DNA of 64,000 nucleotides from Oikopleura dioica (lineage: Eukaryota > Animalia > Chordata): contig OU015568.1 of assembly GCA_907165135.1 (NCBI GenBank), positions 7,006,001-7,070,000 of the forward strand, given 5' to 3'. The position numbers and the translations under genes are program-made. The notes beneath the pieces are model-generated. The model ran no database searches. It was given only the letters and a program-made list of their open reading frames with translations, and was not told where the DNA came from. Positions 13,133 through 26,847 of the stretch are shown piece by piece; the first letter of the stretch is position 1, and every line of letters starts with the position of its first letter.

Positions 13133-13231
13133 ACCTTTCCTTTTCCCATTGCTCTTACTAATTTTATCCTTTTCTGATTCATTTACTTTAAATCTCAAAC
13201 ATTCACTTTCAGACATGACGAAGGAACTTTG

Positions 13232-16200
13232 ATGGCGACGGACTTTGACGAAAAGTTGACAACGCTCTCCAAGAAATTCCACATTTTAGACGTGGGCTGC
13301 ATCCGGGATACGCTAGAAAACTGCGAGGGCAATGTCGACGTTGCATCTGCTTTTCTCAGCTCAATGGTCGAGCCAGCCGAGCCCGAAAAGCCCCAAATGC
13401 AAAGTATGATGCAGGACTCCGATGAGGACGAGGAGCTCAAGCGTGTTCTCGAGATGAGTCAGCGGGAAGAGCGGGAGAAGCAAGCGATCCTTGAGAGCTT
13501 GGAAAAGCCGAGTGCGAACAAAGAAGATCCATTTAAAAAAGCTGACCCGCCGCCAGACTCACCGCCGAATCACTCGCCTCCTTTCCAAGCTCCAACTCCT
13601 CTGCAAACTAGTAGCTCTGCCCCAACAATCTCCTTCGCCCAACAAGCCAAAACTGGCGGTAACTTTCAAGCGGCCCCAAGCAGCAATTCCAATGAGCCAG
13701 TTCCAGCCTCGCAACTCCGCTCCCAAGTCGAAATCAAAGACGGCTACAACTTGTACGTGATGCGCGGTCTCCCAGGCTCCGGAAAATCAACACTGGCCCA
13801 AAGCATCGTAAAATCTTACAACGAAGCTGGCAAAAAAGGCATCATCTGCTCGGCCGACGATTTCTTCATGGACAATCGGGGCAACTACAACTTTGACCCG
13901 ACCCGTTTGTCCGAAGCGCACGAGTTTTGCCGCCAGAAAGCGGATAAATTCATGAAAAAGGTGAGCGCACTTCCTTCTTATCAGAAAATTACATCAATAC
14001 TCAGTGCTTCGAAGCCGTGATAATTGACAATACAAATACCGAAATCTGGCAGATGCTTCCCTACGCAAAAATGGCTCTCAGTTTCCGATACCGAATTTCA
14101 ATTGAAGAACCGAATACTGTTTGGAAACTGAATGTTCGCGAACTCGCTCGGCGAAATCGACACAAGTAGGAGTTCTCCGACTTTGTCTTTCGTCCTAATG
14201 CTGTTTAGTGTTCCTCAGCAACGAATTTCAATCATGAAGCAAAGCTGGGAGATGTGTACGACGACCGAGCTTGTCAAAATCGCGCGCACCACCCTTATGA
14301 CTGGAATGCAGCCCCGTGCCCCTTTCGCAGTGCCTCTTCAACATCCTATCGTCTTTTCCCCCGGCGCCCGCTTGCTGGGCCCTCCACTCGGTCTACCTCG
14401 CCACGTAACTCCAAGAATGCCCCTACGTCCCATGGCTCCTCTGAATCCCCAGCGTTTAAAAACAATGTCAATGAACCCCGCTATGCCCCATTCGCGAATG
14501 CCAATCCCCTCCCCGCCCCAAAGTAAAGTACAGCCACCTGTCAACCCAGCAGCTCCAAATTCGAATAAACCCAAGTTCCAAATGCAAGCCAACGCGGTAA
14601 ACGTCCCTGACACCGTCCGCGAGTCCATGGCTCCTCCACCCGCTGATGACCCAGAAAGATTCCGCTGTCCACCCATCGCCGATCAAGAAGAAGCGCTTGG
14701 AAGATCGAGAACAGTGTCCAAGTCAAACTCGAACGAAGAGTTGATGAATTTAAACTCCCGCGCAGCGTCAAGAAATGAAGAGAAACTTATTCCGACTGAT
14801 TTGCTCATCGAACAAGAATCAGAGGAGACCTTAGTCAATGATTCTGAGGATTCTAGCAGTCAGCAGGTATTGTTACGTGATTCAGAAGGGAAAGTAACGC
14901 AGATTTTGTAGCCAATTGGTTTCGGAAGACGAAATCGAAACCGAAACAGCTCTTCTCATACGCACGACGATGAGACGGAGTTTCCCTATTCGTCGAGTTT
15001 GGCTGATTGGAACATTTCCGGCGGTCTAACCAAATCCGCTTCCCAAAGTGGAGTTTGGTCCGACCAGCCGCTTCAAAAGCCACCTTCGAATAAAAGCGAC
15101 GTTGGAGTTCAAACCGGCGAAGTGCCAAAAACGAAGTCGCGAGTTATCACCGCGACTGGCGATTACGAACCAGCTCAAGGCGCTTTGTTCCAAGGCAACT
15201 CGTGGAATAACATGCAAGACTGGTCAGGCCAAGCTGTAGAGGGCGAAATCCACGAGGAGACTTCGCCTGGCATGATTGAAACGCTGCGCGAGATGTTCCC
15301 CAAGTTATCCGTCGAACAGTTGAGGAACACCTTGTCCGAATGTTGTTTTAACGAAGGTACGCTCTATTTTTCCAGCATCATCTAGAATTTTCTTCTGATG
15401 AAATTTTCCGTCGCGTGATGAAAAAAGGGACAAAGGCTGAGAAGGGAAAAGCACGTGATTCACGTGTTCTATTTGCAGTTATAAAAAGGGAAATGTTCAT
15501 CGGTCTATCAGAGCATCGATTCTATCCTTCTTGAAGGTCACTTTCCATTTACTCTATTTTTACGAGAAAAGTCGAAAACATGAAAATGTTCAGTCCAACT
15601 AAGGAAGGGGTCGCCTTATCAATCACGAGTCTTGTTCACATTGATTCTCACGGAAATTTTGACCGTTTTCTTGTTGAATTCAATTGAATTGGCTATCAGT
15701 TCCGATAGACGGGATTAGCGCTCTCTGTCGATCTCCGATCCCCCTTTTGCTGAGCGCGTGACAGATTTCAAGATTCAAAGCTCAAAAAGTCGAAAACAGG
15801 AAACTTTGCTTGTTTGAAATTTTCAATTATGTTGAATAATTTTTACCCTCGAGAGAAAATGTTTGACCGATCTGAATACATAAAAGAGTTCCAAGCTCGT
15901 TCCCCGGATAGAAGTGAGTTTTTGATCTAGGAATCAGATTGAGATTATCCAACGTTTTTCTCGTAATCTTACCTTACGAAATGTTCAGAGCGCGCGATCG
16001 ACAGCATCCTTTCCAGCCTCTACATGGAAGATGATGTCGAAGAGGACGACTTCGATTTCAACCAAGACGTCATCGACTCGATGAACCGATCGGAGACGTC
16101 GACGCCAACTTCTCACGACAACAACGACGAGCCATTTGTGATTCGCCGTGGAGAAGATCTCATGGAGCAGCTGGCCAAGCGGTTCGGAAAGAGCACCACC

Positions 16201-17420
16201 AACTTGAGCGGCGAGTTCCACATTCCAATGAAGCTAGCGAGAGAAATCATGGAGTGGTGGCCGTCTTCCTCTGGGGACGCTTCTCCTAGGGGCACAGAGC
16301 AGGAACTGAGTGATGAGCAGCTCGCCTTGGCGCTTCAAGAAGCAGAGATGCGTGAACAACAAGAGGAGCTCGAAGAACGGGAAGCACGGAATGAAGAGTT
16401 CCCTTCTTTAATTCCTGGTCAGCAGCCTCGGCAAAAACCTCAAGGCGACTGGAGCACCTGCGACGGCAAGAAGGGACATTTCTCGACAAAGCTGAGCCTC
16501 GAAAAGCTCCAAAAACTCTTCCCCAGCATGCCAAAAGATCGCCTAGAAGACTATCTCCGCGACAACAACTACAACTACACGACTACAGTCAAAACGCTTG
16601 CTCTCCTGTTTGACAAGCAGTTCCCAACAAGCTCCCGTCAAAAGACGAAATCTACTTCAAGTAGCCGTCCGGGATCTGCTGAGCCACACGAGCCACAATT
16701 TATCAATCACACTAGACGATACGACGAGAATCGTAAAGAAGCAGAATTTTATCGTCAAAAGTGGGAGGAATTGAAGAAACGAGCGATGGACGCAGCAAGA
16801 CGAAGAGACGCCGCGGGAGGCGGAGAAGCGGCAAAACTACGCGACGATGCGCAGCATTATTACAATCTCTGGCAAGAAGCGCAAAAAACTGCGGCGGAAA
16901 GACTTTTCCAAAAGAACAACGAGCGCTTCGCTGGAACTTCTGAAGCTAACTATTTCGACTTCCACGGTCTTCACCGCGACGAAGCGATCAAGAAACTCAA
17001 GCAGCTCCTTGCTGAAGTCACCGCGCAAGGCCATTACAGCCACGTTTTCATAATTACTGGCCAGGGACGTCACTCCAAAGGCAATAAAGGTAATAATTTC
17101 ATCCCTTTTTTCTTCATCAATTTCATTATTTTCATTCTTCATCTCCATAGCTCGCAAAAGAATGAAGCCAACAAACCCCTTTGAGTGCACTTGTGTAACT
17201 CTCTGTAAGAAAAAACCAAGTTACAATCATTTATTATCACCATTTACCTCATTTCTTCATTTATCCTTTCGAAAAAGAACTTGAGCTTGGACTCGTAATA
17301 ACTATCATTCTAGCGAAACTGCGCAAAGCTGTTGAGGCCTACCTAAGCCAGCACGACTACAAGTTCAACCCGCACAGAGACAACCCGGGTCTCCTTAAAG
17401 TATTCTTACGAAAAAAGTAA
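13232..17420 (+). CDS. N4BP2: NEDD4-binding protein 2-like (CUE, polynucleotide kinase AAA_33, CUE, DUF1771, Smr)
   Basis: VMRGLPGSGKST, ICSADDFF, AVIIDNTN..WQMLPY, CUE-like LREMFPKLS and LQKLFPSM, FDFHGLHRDEAI, IITGQGRHSKG; last exon LRKAVEAYLSQHDYKF. Confidence 0.92.
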
Positions 17421-18050
17421 CTTTTTCTATTTTTAATCATTTTTATCCTTCGTTCCTGTTTTCTACATTTTATATATGTTTAGCTCGTACGTTAGGTAGA
17501 GTTCAGTTTCACGTATTAATTCACCGAAATCCTTATTAATTATTAATTAATCAGAATTAATTACTACTCTTTTTCTCCTTTGTTCAAAGCGTATTTAAAC
17601 GTTTTCCAAGAAAAATTGTCGTTTATTAGAGCCGATCTATCGGACTTATTTATTATTAAAATCATCTTAAGATTGATAGTAGCATACTTGTTGTATTCAG
17701 TAGTTGTTTTGACTCCCAGCTTATTAATTATATTATTGGGAATGAAAAATTATAAATTATCATATATTGACAAAATACAGTAACAGATTCATATCGACTC
17801 AATCCGCCATTTTCAACGTCTTGAAGCGTTACTTTCTGCGCGTAAAAAAAAAGATGTTGAATATGTTTTGTTTTGTTATCGAGTGTGTTCTTGGTATACG
17901 ATGGTTCATAAAATTGTTTGTTTCAAAAGGCAGGAAGATGAAAATTGAACGTTTGAAAATAGAATAGAAAAAAGAAAGAAAAATGAAAAAGGTTGAGGTT
18001 TCAGAGCAGGTCTGGGTCGAAAGAAGGGGCAAGAATTGGCGCTAGAATCT

Positions 18051-21000
18051 CTAGTTGGTAGTTAAAATATTCACGATGGCGAGCTGGAAGTTATCGCGGG
18101 GCAGGACTGAAACGGGCTCTGGAGCTTTCCAGGCGCCGTCGGGATGCGAGGGCTTGTCAAGCGAGGTCAGCAGGGCAACACTAAAATTCATAAGCAAGCC
18201 TTTTCACGCTCTTTGTTTACCTTCCGCTGTCCCTGGAACCGACCAGGAAAAGACTATTCCTCAACGACACGCATAACGAAAATCCAAGTTGTGGTGGGGG
18301 CTTCAGAATCGTCCACTCGTCAACGCTTGAGTGGTATTGCAAAAGCGTTGGGGACTAGAATTGAACTAATAAGCCAATGTGATCTATTGTATCCTTACCT
18401 TTGTATCGACCAAATAAATAGAATTATGAACTTGCGCCAGGGAGTGGTTCGGAGCAACACGTTGTGGAAGGGAGTTTCTTTTGATCCACATATCACCGGA
18501 AAGAAGAAGCACAGAGGACTCACTGCCAGCTCCACCAGTCACCATTATTTCTCCAGTTCGTTTGAGAACTAAACAGACTTCTATTCAAATTGCTCATTTG
18601 TTGATTTCAAACCTATGGCTCCATATTGACTTCTCGCAGCGGGCAAAACCGAGCCCTTTCTCCAGCGCTGTCTCCTGATGTCGTAAACCTCCGTCGTGTC
18701 CGTACTTGACCACTGATCTGTCATCCCACCGATCGCGTAAAGATTACCATTCAGCGGGAGCAGACAGAAATGACTTCGTCTCTTGCTCATTGCCGGAAGC
18801 GATTCCCAGCTGTGTTCTTTAGAATTGTATCGATGTGCTGTTGCGAGCGTTGATGAGTCGATTCCCAGTCCACCAGCGACGAATACATCGCTAAAAATTA
18901 CAGTATTTTGATGAAAACAAGCTTCAACTGACTCAGCTATCTAGGTCAGTGAATACTTTTGTAGAAAATTTGTTGCCATAAAGTGTCTAATCACGACAAA
19001 ATTGCTGTTTACAGTTGGTCAAAATTATTCAAGAATTACCTGTCAATAACGGATATAGCGAAATTCTTGCGTCGCACAGGCAGCGAGGTGAGTGAGTGCC
19101 AACCGCGCTCGTCGCGGTAATAGATTTGGTTTTGTAAACCATCCTTTCCGCAGCCACCTGCGCAGATGATCGTGCTTTTCAGCTCGTTTGCCTGCGCCGA
19201 GCTATTGCGGCGGCTGGCGGCGATGATTTTCGCCTTCAATTCTGGATTCGCGATGATGAAATCGCTGCTTTGGACTTCCACGAGCTCGCGTGTGTTCATC
19301 TAAAACAAATATCAGTTTGGGTCCTTTTTTTCGGGAAATTTGACCTTTCTGAACTTGATGAGCGCCATGACGCTAGAAAGATGACGCTGGCGAGTGTTGA
19401 CCGAGTACCGTAGCCATCCGGTCAGAGCTTCGAAAAGGTCCATTTCTTGGCGATTTGTGGAAGTTGGCATTAGCCAAATGACGTCTTCTAACGTCAATTC
19501 CTGGATTGATGGATAAGCATTGTTGATTTGATAATTTGGTACCTTGAAATAATCTTGCTTCGAAATTTCAGCAAGGTGAATTCCACAGAATCTTCTTATT
19601 TCTCCTCGAAGTCTTCCAAGATGCAGCTTTTTCGAATGCGTGTACAGTGTGGTCCAGTTTTTCAAGGTCACGAAGTTGCTCAAGCTAGAAAATTTCAACT
19701 TACTGCTCACAAAACATGTCTTACCTGATGCAATTTTCTTCAATATACCGACCGGCACTTTGGGCGACAAAAGTAAGTCCAAATTTCTGTCCATTGATGA
19801 GCAAATCAATAACTGTGATTCTGTCGATTGAAAGCTCGCCTCCATACATGTAGCTAAATTAACAAAATTATTATTATAAAATTGTTATTCTTAAAATTCC
19901 GCTCGACACCTGCAAAAGCGCCTCGTGACAGTTTGAAATATCAAAATGCAAAACGAAACTCAGCTGAACATTTCGAAAGGTCAGCACCGGCACTGGCGCC
20001 TTTGCATTTGGTGGGAAATTGTGATTACCGGATAAGGCACTTGAGGGAGGCGGAGGAGATGTTTGGGATCATGAGAAGGCGGTTGAGGGAACCTTTGGCT
20101 CCGCTTTCGTTATTGTTGTTGTTGTTATTGTCTTCGTCCAGTTTCTTGATCATTTCTTGGAGTTCGGAGGAAGCCGCGGCCAGGACAACTCGATGCGCGC
20201 AGAAGTCGACATCCTGATTCTGTTTGAGAAAAGTTTCTTGGTATTTACAGTCAGGGTTGCAATAAGGGTGGGTTTTTTAAGAAAAAAAATGACCAAAAAA
20301 GCCGCAATTTTGAAGTTTTTTGATGGAAAAAGCCCGAATTGCCCTTACTGTAAATGCATAAAGTAAGCTTTATCTTTCAAACAATGTTCCTTTGCTCTGA
20401 GGGTTATGTCCGTCAGAATTCCACTTTCTCGCAAATGCCGGAGGCCGGAAAGCAGCCCAGGAATACTTCCTGAGCGGTACGCATAAGTAACCTGGTCATT
20501 CCGCGAATTCTTGGCGTCTAACTTGTGCATCAGCTTGTCGAACATTTTCGACAATTGACTGATCCCGAGTTTTTGCGTTGCATCGCGCAGCTTTGTTAGC
20601 GACTCGTTGTTAAACTGGGCTTCAGAATTGTACACGAATCTAAAATGTCGTTTAAAAATTGACAAGTCTTTTTTGACATGCAAACTCGACTAGAGCGGCC
20701 AAAGTGTCTGGGTCTACTCGTTCCGCGGACATGCTGTGCTGCTTTTTCGAGAAGATATCGAGCAGAATCGGGCTCAAAAAAGGCTGAAAGAGGTGTTCTG
20801 ACCCAGAACGAGAACGGGATAAGCCCTTTTCAGCCCCGTTCCTGAGGGCACCAAGTACCACCCGGTGACATCGGATAGTCGTGTCGCCGAGTTTGAAAGT
20901 GACGTCGGTCATCACCTGCCGCGCGCGGAACAGGCGAAGATTGTGCAAAAACTGGCTTGCGTAATCGTCATCCCTTTTTCCGTGCTCGTGGCCGATCGGA

Positions 21001-21209
21001 ATCGAGCGTAAAGAGGTTGTTCTTTTTAAATCATCCAGTCCTTATGAAATGATTTATATCTTGTTCGAATTTTCAAGTTGCGAAAAAAAATTTTTCAATC
21101 ATTTTCCTGAAGGCCTGAAAGAAGTGATCTTCCCAATCGTCGAGACTGATCTTTTGTTGGACGAAATCGGCTTGTCCAGCGCAAAATCTGAGCTGGACCC
21201 ATTTCCCAT
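18051..21209 (-). CDS. Kelch-like protein with two BTB domains, BACK region and Kelch repeats; N-myristoylation-type start MGNGSS
   Basis: BTB1 TDVTFKLGDTTIRCHRVVLG; BTB2 GILTDITLRAK|DVDFCAHRVVLAAASSEL; BACK-like EMDLFEALTGWLRY; Kelch GNLYAIGG..STDTTEVYD...W. Confidence 0.75.
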
Positions 21210-22073
21210 TTTCTTCCTCTCTCTTTCTCTCTCTCTCTCTTTTTTCTGTTCGTGTTTTCTCTTCAAGTGCAAAAATACAAGTGTTGTTGTTATTGAGTTG
21301 GGCGTGTTTTCGGTGCTGGAGCTAGAATCAAGAGGTGCTTCCTAGTTTTTTGGGCTGGAAATAACAACAGATAGCGGCGTTGTGAGAGTGATTGTGAAAA
21401 AACGCGCAAGACTGCTGGTGGTGTAAGATACACGTCCCATCACTTCTAGGGTGCGCCAGACGCCGCCACTGCCCGCTCAGGCACCACCGTATCAAACCAA
21501 TTTACGCCAAGACGCGCTGCAAGAGAATGGTAAGTCGATTAAATTTGCATTGATTTCAACAAACGATTTCGGCATTTCTTGAAGCACTAGAATCTACGCT
21601 GCGCATATTTTCTTTTCAGAAGAACGCTGGTTTCTTTATTTAACCTGCCGCTAGAATTTTCTTTCTAACGGGCAAATTTCGACCAATTCTAGCGCGTAGA
21701 CGAGTGTCACCCGTGAATACAACTATTTGAACTTTGCGATTAAGTGGATCTAGCATTTCAAAAACCACCCTAGCTCACGAATCAACGACCGGTCAAAGGG
21801 ACTAAGGGCGTAGTCAAATAAGTCGCATCGTACGCTGCTCGCTGGCGGTGCAGTAAATTTTAAAGTACCGTTACAATTGGTGGTGTAGTGCGTAACCAAC
21901 TAACTGAGCCCAATCCGTAGTAAACCGAAAACCTGGCCAGGGGCCCTGACGGCCGGATCATCCTGACTGAGCTGGTAGATCAGGCATCTTCAATCCGATT
22001 AGATCAGGAAAAAAAGAGCGATGCTTGTTTGAACGTGAGTCGAATTTATTCGCAAAAATTACAATCAGAAATT

Positions 22074-23030
22074 TTACAAGTAAATAACAGCTGGGTCGTA
22101 TCCTCCATAATAGTCACTATTGTCGTCGCTATCATGACTTCCGTCGCCGCCATCGTCGTCAGAATGCTGCACTTGATCCCCCTCTGAAATATTGGTTCTC
22201 AATACCGGAGTACTCCAAGACTCTGGGCTCGGCAACCTGTATAGAAAACCTGAGTCAGGTAAGGAGGAGGCTAAACGAAAAACCGCGTCGCGGCTATTTT
22301 ATTAAAACAAAGCCGCAGAGCGGCTTCGACAAAATAAGTATTTCAATCAGTCACGATGTTCTTAACCTGACTCACATTTTCTACATATTTTGCCCGGCGA
22401 CAGTTGCCGAACTCAGACCGAAATGCATTCCTGTCAATAGAGACGGGTTTCAGTGACATTTTAAAAGCTCTCAAGATGTCATAGAATCAATATAGACATA
22501 GATATAACTTCAATATGTATATCTACAATTTTAAATGCTCAAATCCATTTTTGGTTCATGATTTTCTGGAACAAAGTATTTTTTGAGATTCTTCAAAAAC
22601 TTACTTTTCTTACTAAGAACCCATGCATGCTTAATACCCTTGTCGTCAAAGAAACAATCCACGAGATCCGCATCATCTGCTTCTGTATCCGAGCCATCGT
22701 CGTCTTCGTCGTCTTCTACCGCTCCGTTTTCGTCGTCCATTCCCCTGTCCATCATACAGTCCATCGCGTCCAAGTCTGCTACAGATGCGAGTTATTTAAA
22801 TCTGGACTTAACAGTTTACTCCAACATGCTCTCATCCTCTTTTCGGGATAGCAATTGATTTTCGGATAAGACGCAGATGACAGAAGTAATCCAAACTTAC
22901 CGATCATATACCGCTCGTCTTCGCTGGAGTCCTCCATGTTTTCTCTGGCAATGATTGTCGCTAACGCCAAATTATTGCTTTGAATTGTGGTCCCTAATGG
23001 CACGATACTTGAAACTTAAAAACTAAGCAT
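22074..23030 (-). CDS. Uncharacterised acidic protein, 3' exons (5' end unresolved)
   Basis: Phase-compatible GT-AG splicing of ...RENMEDSSEDERYMI|ADLDAMDC...HAWVLSKK|KGDQVQHSDDD...PAVIYL-stop; AATAAA about 25 nt after the stop. Confidence 0.45.
22223..22416. mobile_element. MITE family A, copy 1
   Basis: Left TIR CTGGGCTCGGCAACCTGTATAGAAAACCTGAGTCAGG with a degenerate right TIR; internal AAGCCGC..GCGGCTT hairpins. Confidence 0.75.
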
Positions 23031-23211
23031 GCAGAAAAGAACTTATTTGTCACCTTTACAAAGTGTTTCTAAACTGCTTTTACCGTCCATATTTCCCCAG
23101 CCAAAGCAAAATAGAAGTATCGAGTCTTCAAGAGTTCGCAAAAATTTTTAATTATGTTTCCTATTAAAAATAACTAAATGGGATACTATCTTAATTAATT
23201 CTTTTTCACGG

Positions 23212-23376
23212 GAAAACCTGAGTCAGGGTTCGAGAAAAGCTTTCATAAAAGCCGCGCAGCGAATTGTTAAAAACGAAGCCGCAAAGTGCCTAAATCAATT
23301 CTAGCGGAGCTGCTTCTTTTCTCAAAGCTTTTCTCGAACCCTGACTCAGGTTTTCAACTCAGGTTCTTGAGCCCTG
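23212..23376. mobile_element. MITE family A, copy 2 (left end truncated)
   Basis: GAAAACCTGAGTCAGGG...CCCTGACTCAGGTTTTCAACTCAGGTTCTTGAGCCCTG. Confidence 0.75.
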
Positions 23377-23953
23377 ATTTACTGTTTCTCACTCAAACTC
23401 TATACAATTCCAGTCGTTTCTCTCTGCCCAGAGCGTCGCAATTCTCTCTCCGATTCCACTAAATTAAATTGAAAATTAAAATTGTGAAAATTAAAATTAT
23501 AAAATTATCAATTTTTATATAAAAAAAATCGGCGCCGACCTGAGGTTGCAGCAAATGCAACCATTCATAGCCTGGGGAATGAAAAAGAGAAAGGAATTAG
23601 CTGCCTGGTCTGTAATCTTCTCGGAGTCATTCATCCTCGCGCATGAATATATTCCAGTGAATAATAGGATCGAAGACGAGCTTCAGAACGATACTCAATA
23701 AATCATAAATTAAGAAAGTACAGGTGACCATTCATCGACAAATCGAAGGCGATATTGACCATTGTTCCTATCCGACGGCGCCTTCGTCATTAATACTGAT
23801 TATCTATCGGACTCAGATCTCTCCAATACGCCAGTCTATCTATTTAGAATACGTTTGATTCCAAGTAAATTTCGTCTTGAAGGACCTGTCAAAAATTAAA
23901 ACGTTGCTAAAGAAATCTCAGATTATTCAATTGTCAAATTAGTCTATCATCAT

Positions 23954-24165
23954 CTGAGCGTGGCAACCTGTGTAGAAATCTGAGTCAGGGCCTGGAAGAT
24001 ACTGCATGAAAAGCAGCTACAGCGGCTTTTTTTAAATACGAAGGCGCGAAGCGCCTCCGCTAGTTTTTGTGAAAAGATTGAACTTCGCAACTTGGTTCCT
24101 ATAAAAGACCTCATCTAAGGTCTTCAGACCCTGACTCAGGTTTTCAACAATAGTTCCCGACCCAA
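23954..24165. mobile_element. MITE family A, copy 3
   Basis: GGCAACCTGTGTAGAAATCTGAGTCAGGG...CCCTGACTCAGGTTTTCAAC. Confidence 0.75.
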
Positions 24166-24411
24166 GATCTGGTTTGTCTGTGGCGCAGATCCTGCGCTTT
24201 CTAACCGAAACATCCCTATTTTGAACCTCGAAAACTAACGATCTTTCAAACTGCGCGCCATTTTGTAAATTTGGCGCAAAACCCTGACATCAATTTCCTT
24301 CCAAAAACAACCAAAACTTTCGTAAACCTAAAGGAATGTGTCGATTTTATTTGAATTCGGGCAGAGTTCTGTAGCAGAAAAAGCCAGTGGCTTTGGTTTT
24401 TGGTGATTTGT

Positions 24412-24427
24412 GGCCCTAAAAAGGGCC
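24412..24427 (-). promoter_or_regulatory. Histone 3' stem-loop (H3)
   Basis: GGCCCTTTTTAGGGCC followed by ACAAA, downstream of the H3 stop. Confidence 0.95.
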
Positions 24428-24455
24428 GGTTTTGTAAGGCGAAAGCACTTAGAAA

Positions 24456-25416
<961 letters not shown>

Positions 25417-25443
25417 GTCGCCTACAAGCAAGCTTCAAAAACA

Positions 25444-25459
25444 GGCCCTTTTTAGGGCC
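25444..25459 (+). promoter_or_regulatory. Histone 3' stem-loop (H4)
   Basis: GGCCCTTTTTAGGGCC-ACAAA. Confidence 0.95.
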
Positions 25460-26847
25460 ACAAATACCTCAAACAAACTGAACCTGAACCACTGACAACT
25501 GGATCATTAATTATAAAATGTACTCGTTTATAATTCTGTCAAAAGTAGCAGCCATGCTAATACATTAATTAAATTGTGATAAATAAATTACTTTTGAGTT
25601 TCATCTCGAAATTATTGATATTTTCTGCAGGGAAGACACACCAATTTAGATATTATTTTCGAGTTTATTGTAAGAAAAATTTTGAATTTGCACAGAAAGA
25701 TAGGTTTTTATTACTTTTTCCATTCTTTTCCGTTCCAGTTTTTTCTGGGTAAATCGATTTCAGTCTTCGGGAAACCCGAGGAATTGAATCCTTTAGCTGC
25801 CAATTTCTGGCAAGTAATCGCTTTGATAAAACATCAAAACGACCACGGTTTTCTTCGATCCGAATATCGGATCAAACTCCTTAAATAATGTTATTTATCA
25901 ATAATCGTCGCTAAAATTTTACCTCAAATACGCGGCCTTTGGACTTCGGAAAGCCGAAGACTTGATTGAGGGTAAAAATTTAGCCCTGACATCAACAAAA
26001 AATCTAGAGACTTTTCGAACTAAACGGGCTTCTTTTTTACCTCTAGAAAAAAATAACAGGACGTCGATGTCGATTCATTGCATATTGAAATCAGTGTTGA
26101 TTGTCATTGATTTCAGGACCTAATAAAGAAATAATGAAAATCTGTGCGTTTCCAAAGAAATCCATCGTAATTTTTCACCCTTGAGAATGATTGCTCACGG
26201 TAAATTTGAATAATAAATCTGTACTCTGGCTATTTAGGGTCCCTAAATTAGAGACTTTTCAGATTTCATTTCAAATTTTTCAACAAGAAAGGTATACAAA
26301 TTTCAGTGATACTGTATCACTGATACATCGGTAGAATTATACAGTCAGCTTGCCAGTAAATTAACAATATGATGCAACCATGTGATAATAGATTTTCATA
26401 TCGATTAATATTAGCATTCTAAAAGACTAAAACTATATAAAAATGATCTTTCAATAAGAAAACAGCCCTCAATCTGTAACTTGAAGTCCCTTTCACTTCT
26501 CCTCAAAGAAGCACTTATCCCTCCCTGATTATTATTCCCGTTGCAATTTCAAACATAGCTCCCCATGGCGCGAAATCAACCGTAAAAACCGATAATCGTT
26601 TGATCAGGTGACCGCGTTTTCGAGCCGGCGCGCGGGCCAACGGAATTCTCGCGCGCCAACGGAAAAAAAGAGCGCGCGCGGGCACCCTGGCTGGGCGCCA
26701 AACTCAAAACGGCTCGAAAGTTGTCTCCCGCACCGCACCTTCGAGACTATTTATACTACGGAGGCTGCTCATTCCTGATCATAACCAAATAGCGTTTTTA
26801 GCTACAGCACCTCTTCCGTCACCAGAAGACCCGTCAACAGCAAGAAG

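Noticed and set aside
21300-22050. GC-richer non-coding stretch with small hairpins, considered as snRNA, SL RNA or 5S
   Set aside because: No match to U1/U2/U4/U5/U6, 5S or the SL leader that I can recognise; probably the promoter or 5' UTR of the Kelch gene. An Rfam/Infernal scan would settle it.
26303-26321. CAGTGATAC-T-GTATCACTG hairpin and loosely similar ATCGAT/GATACAGTA text at about 29715, 48455 and 61190
   Set aside because: Too short and AT-rich to establish a family by eye.
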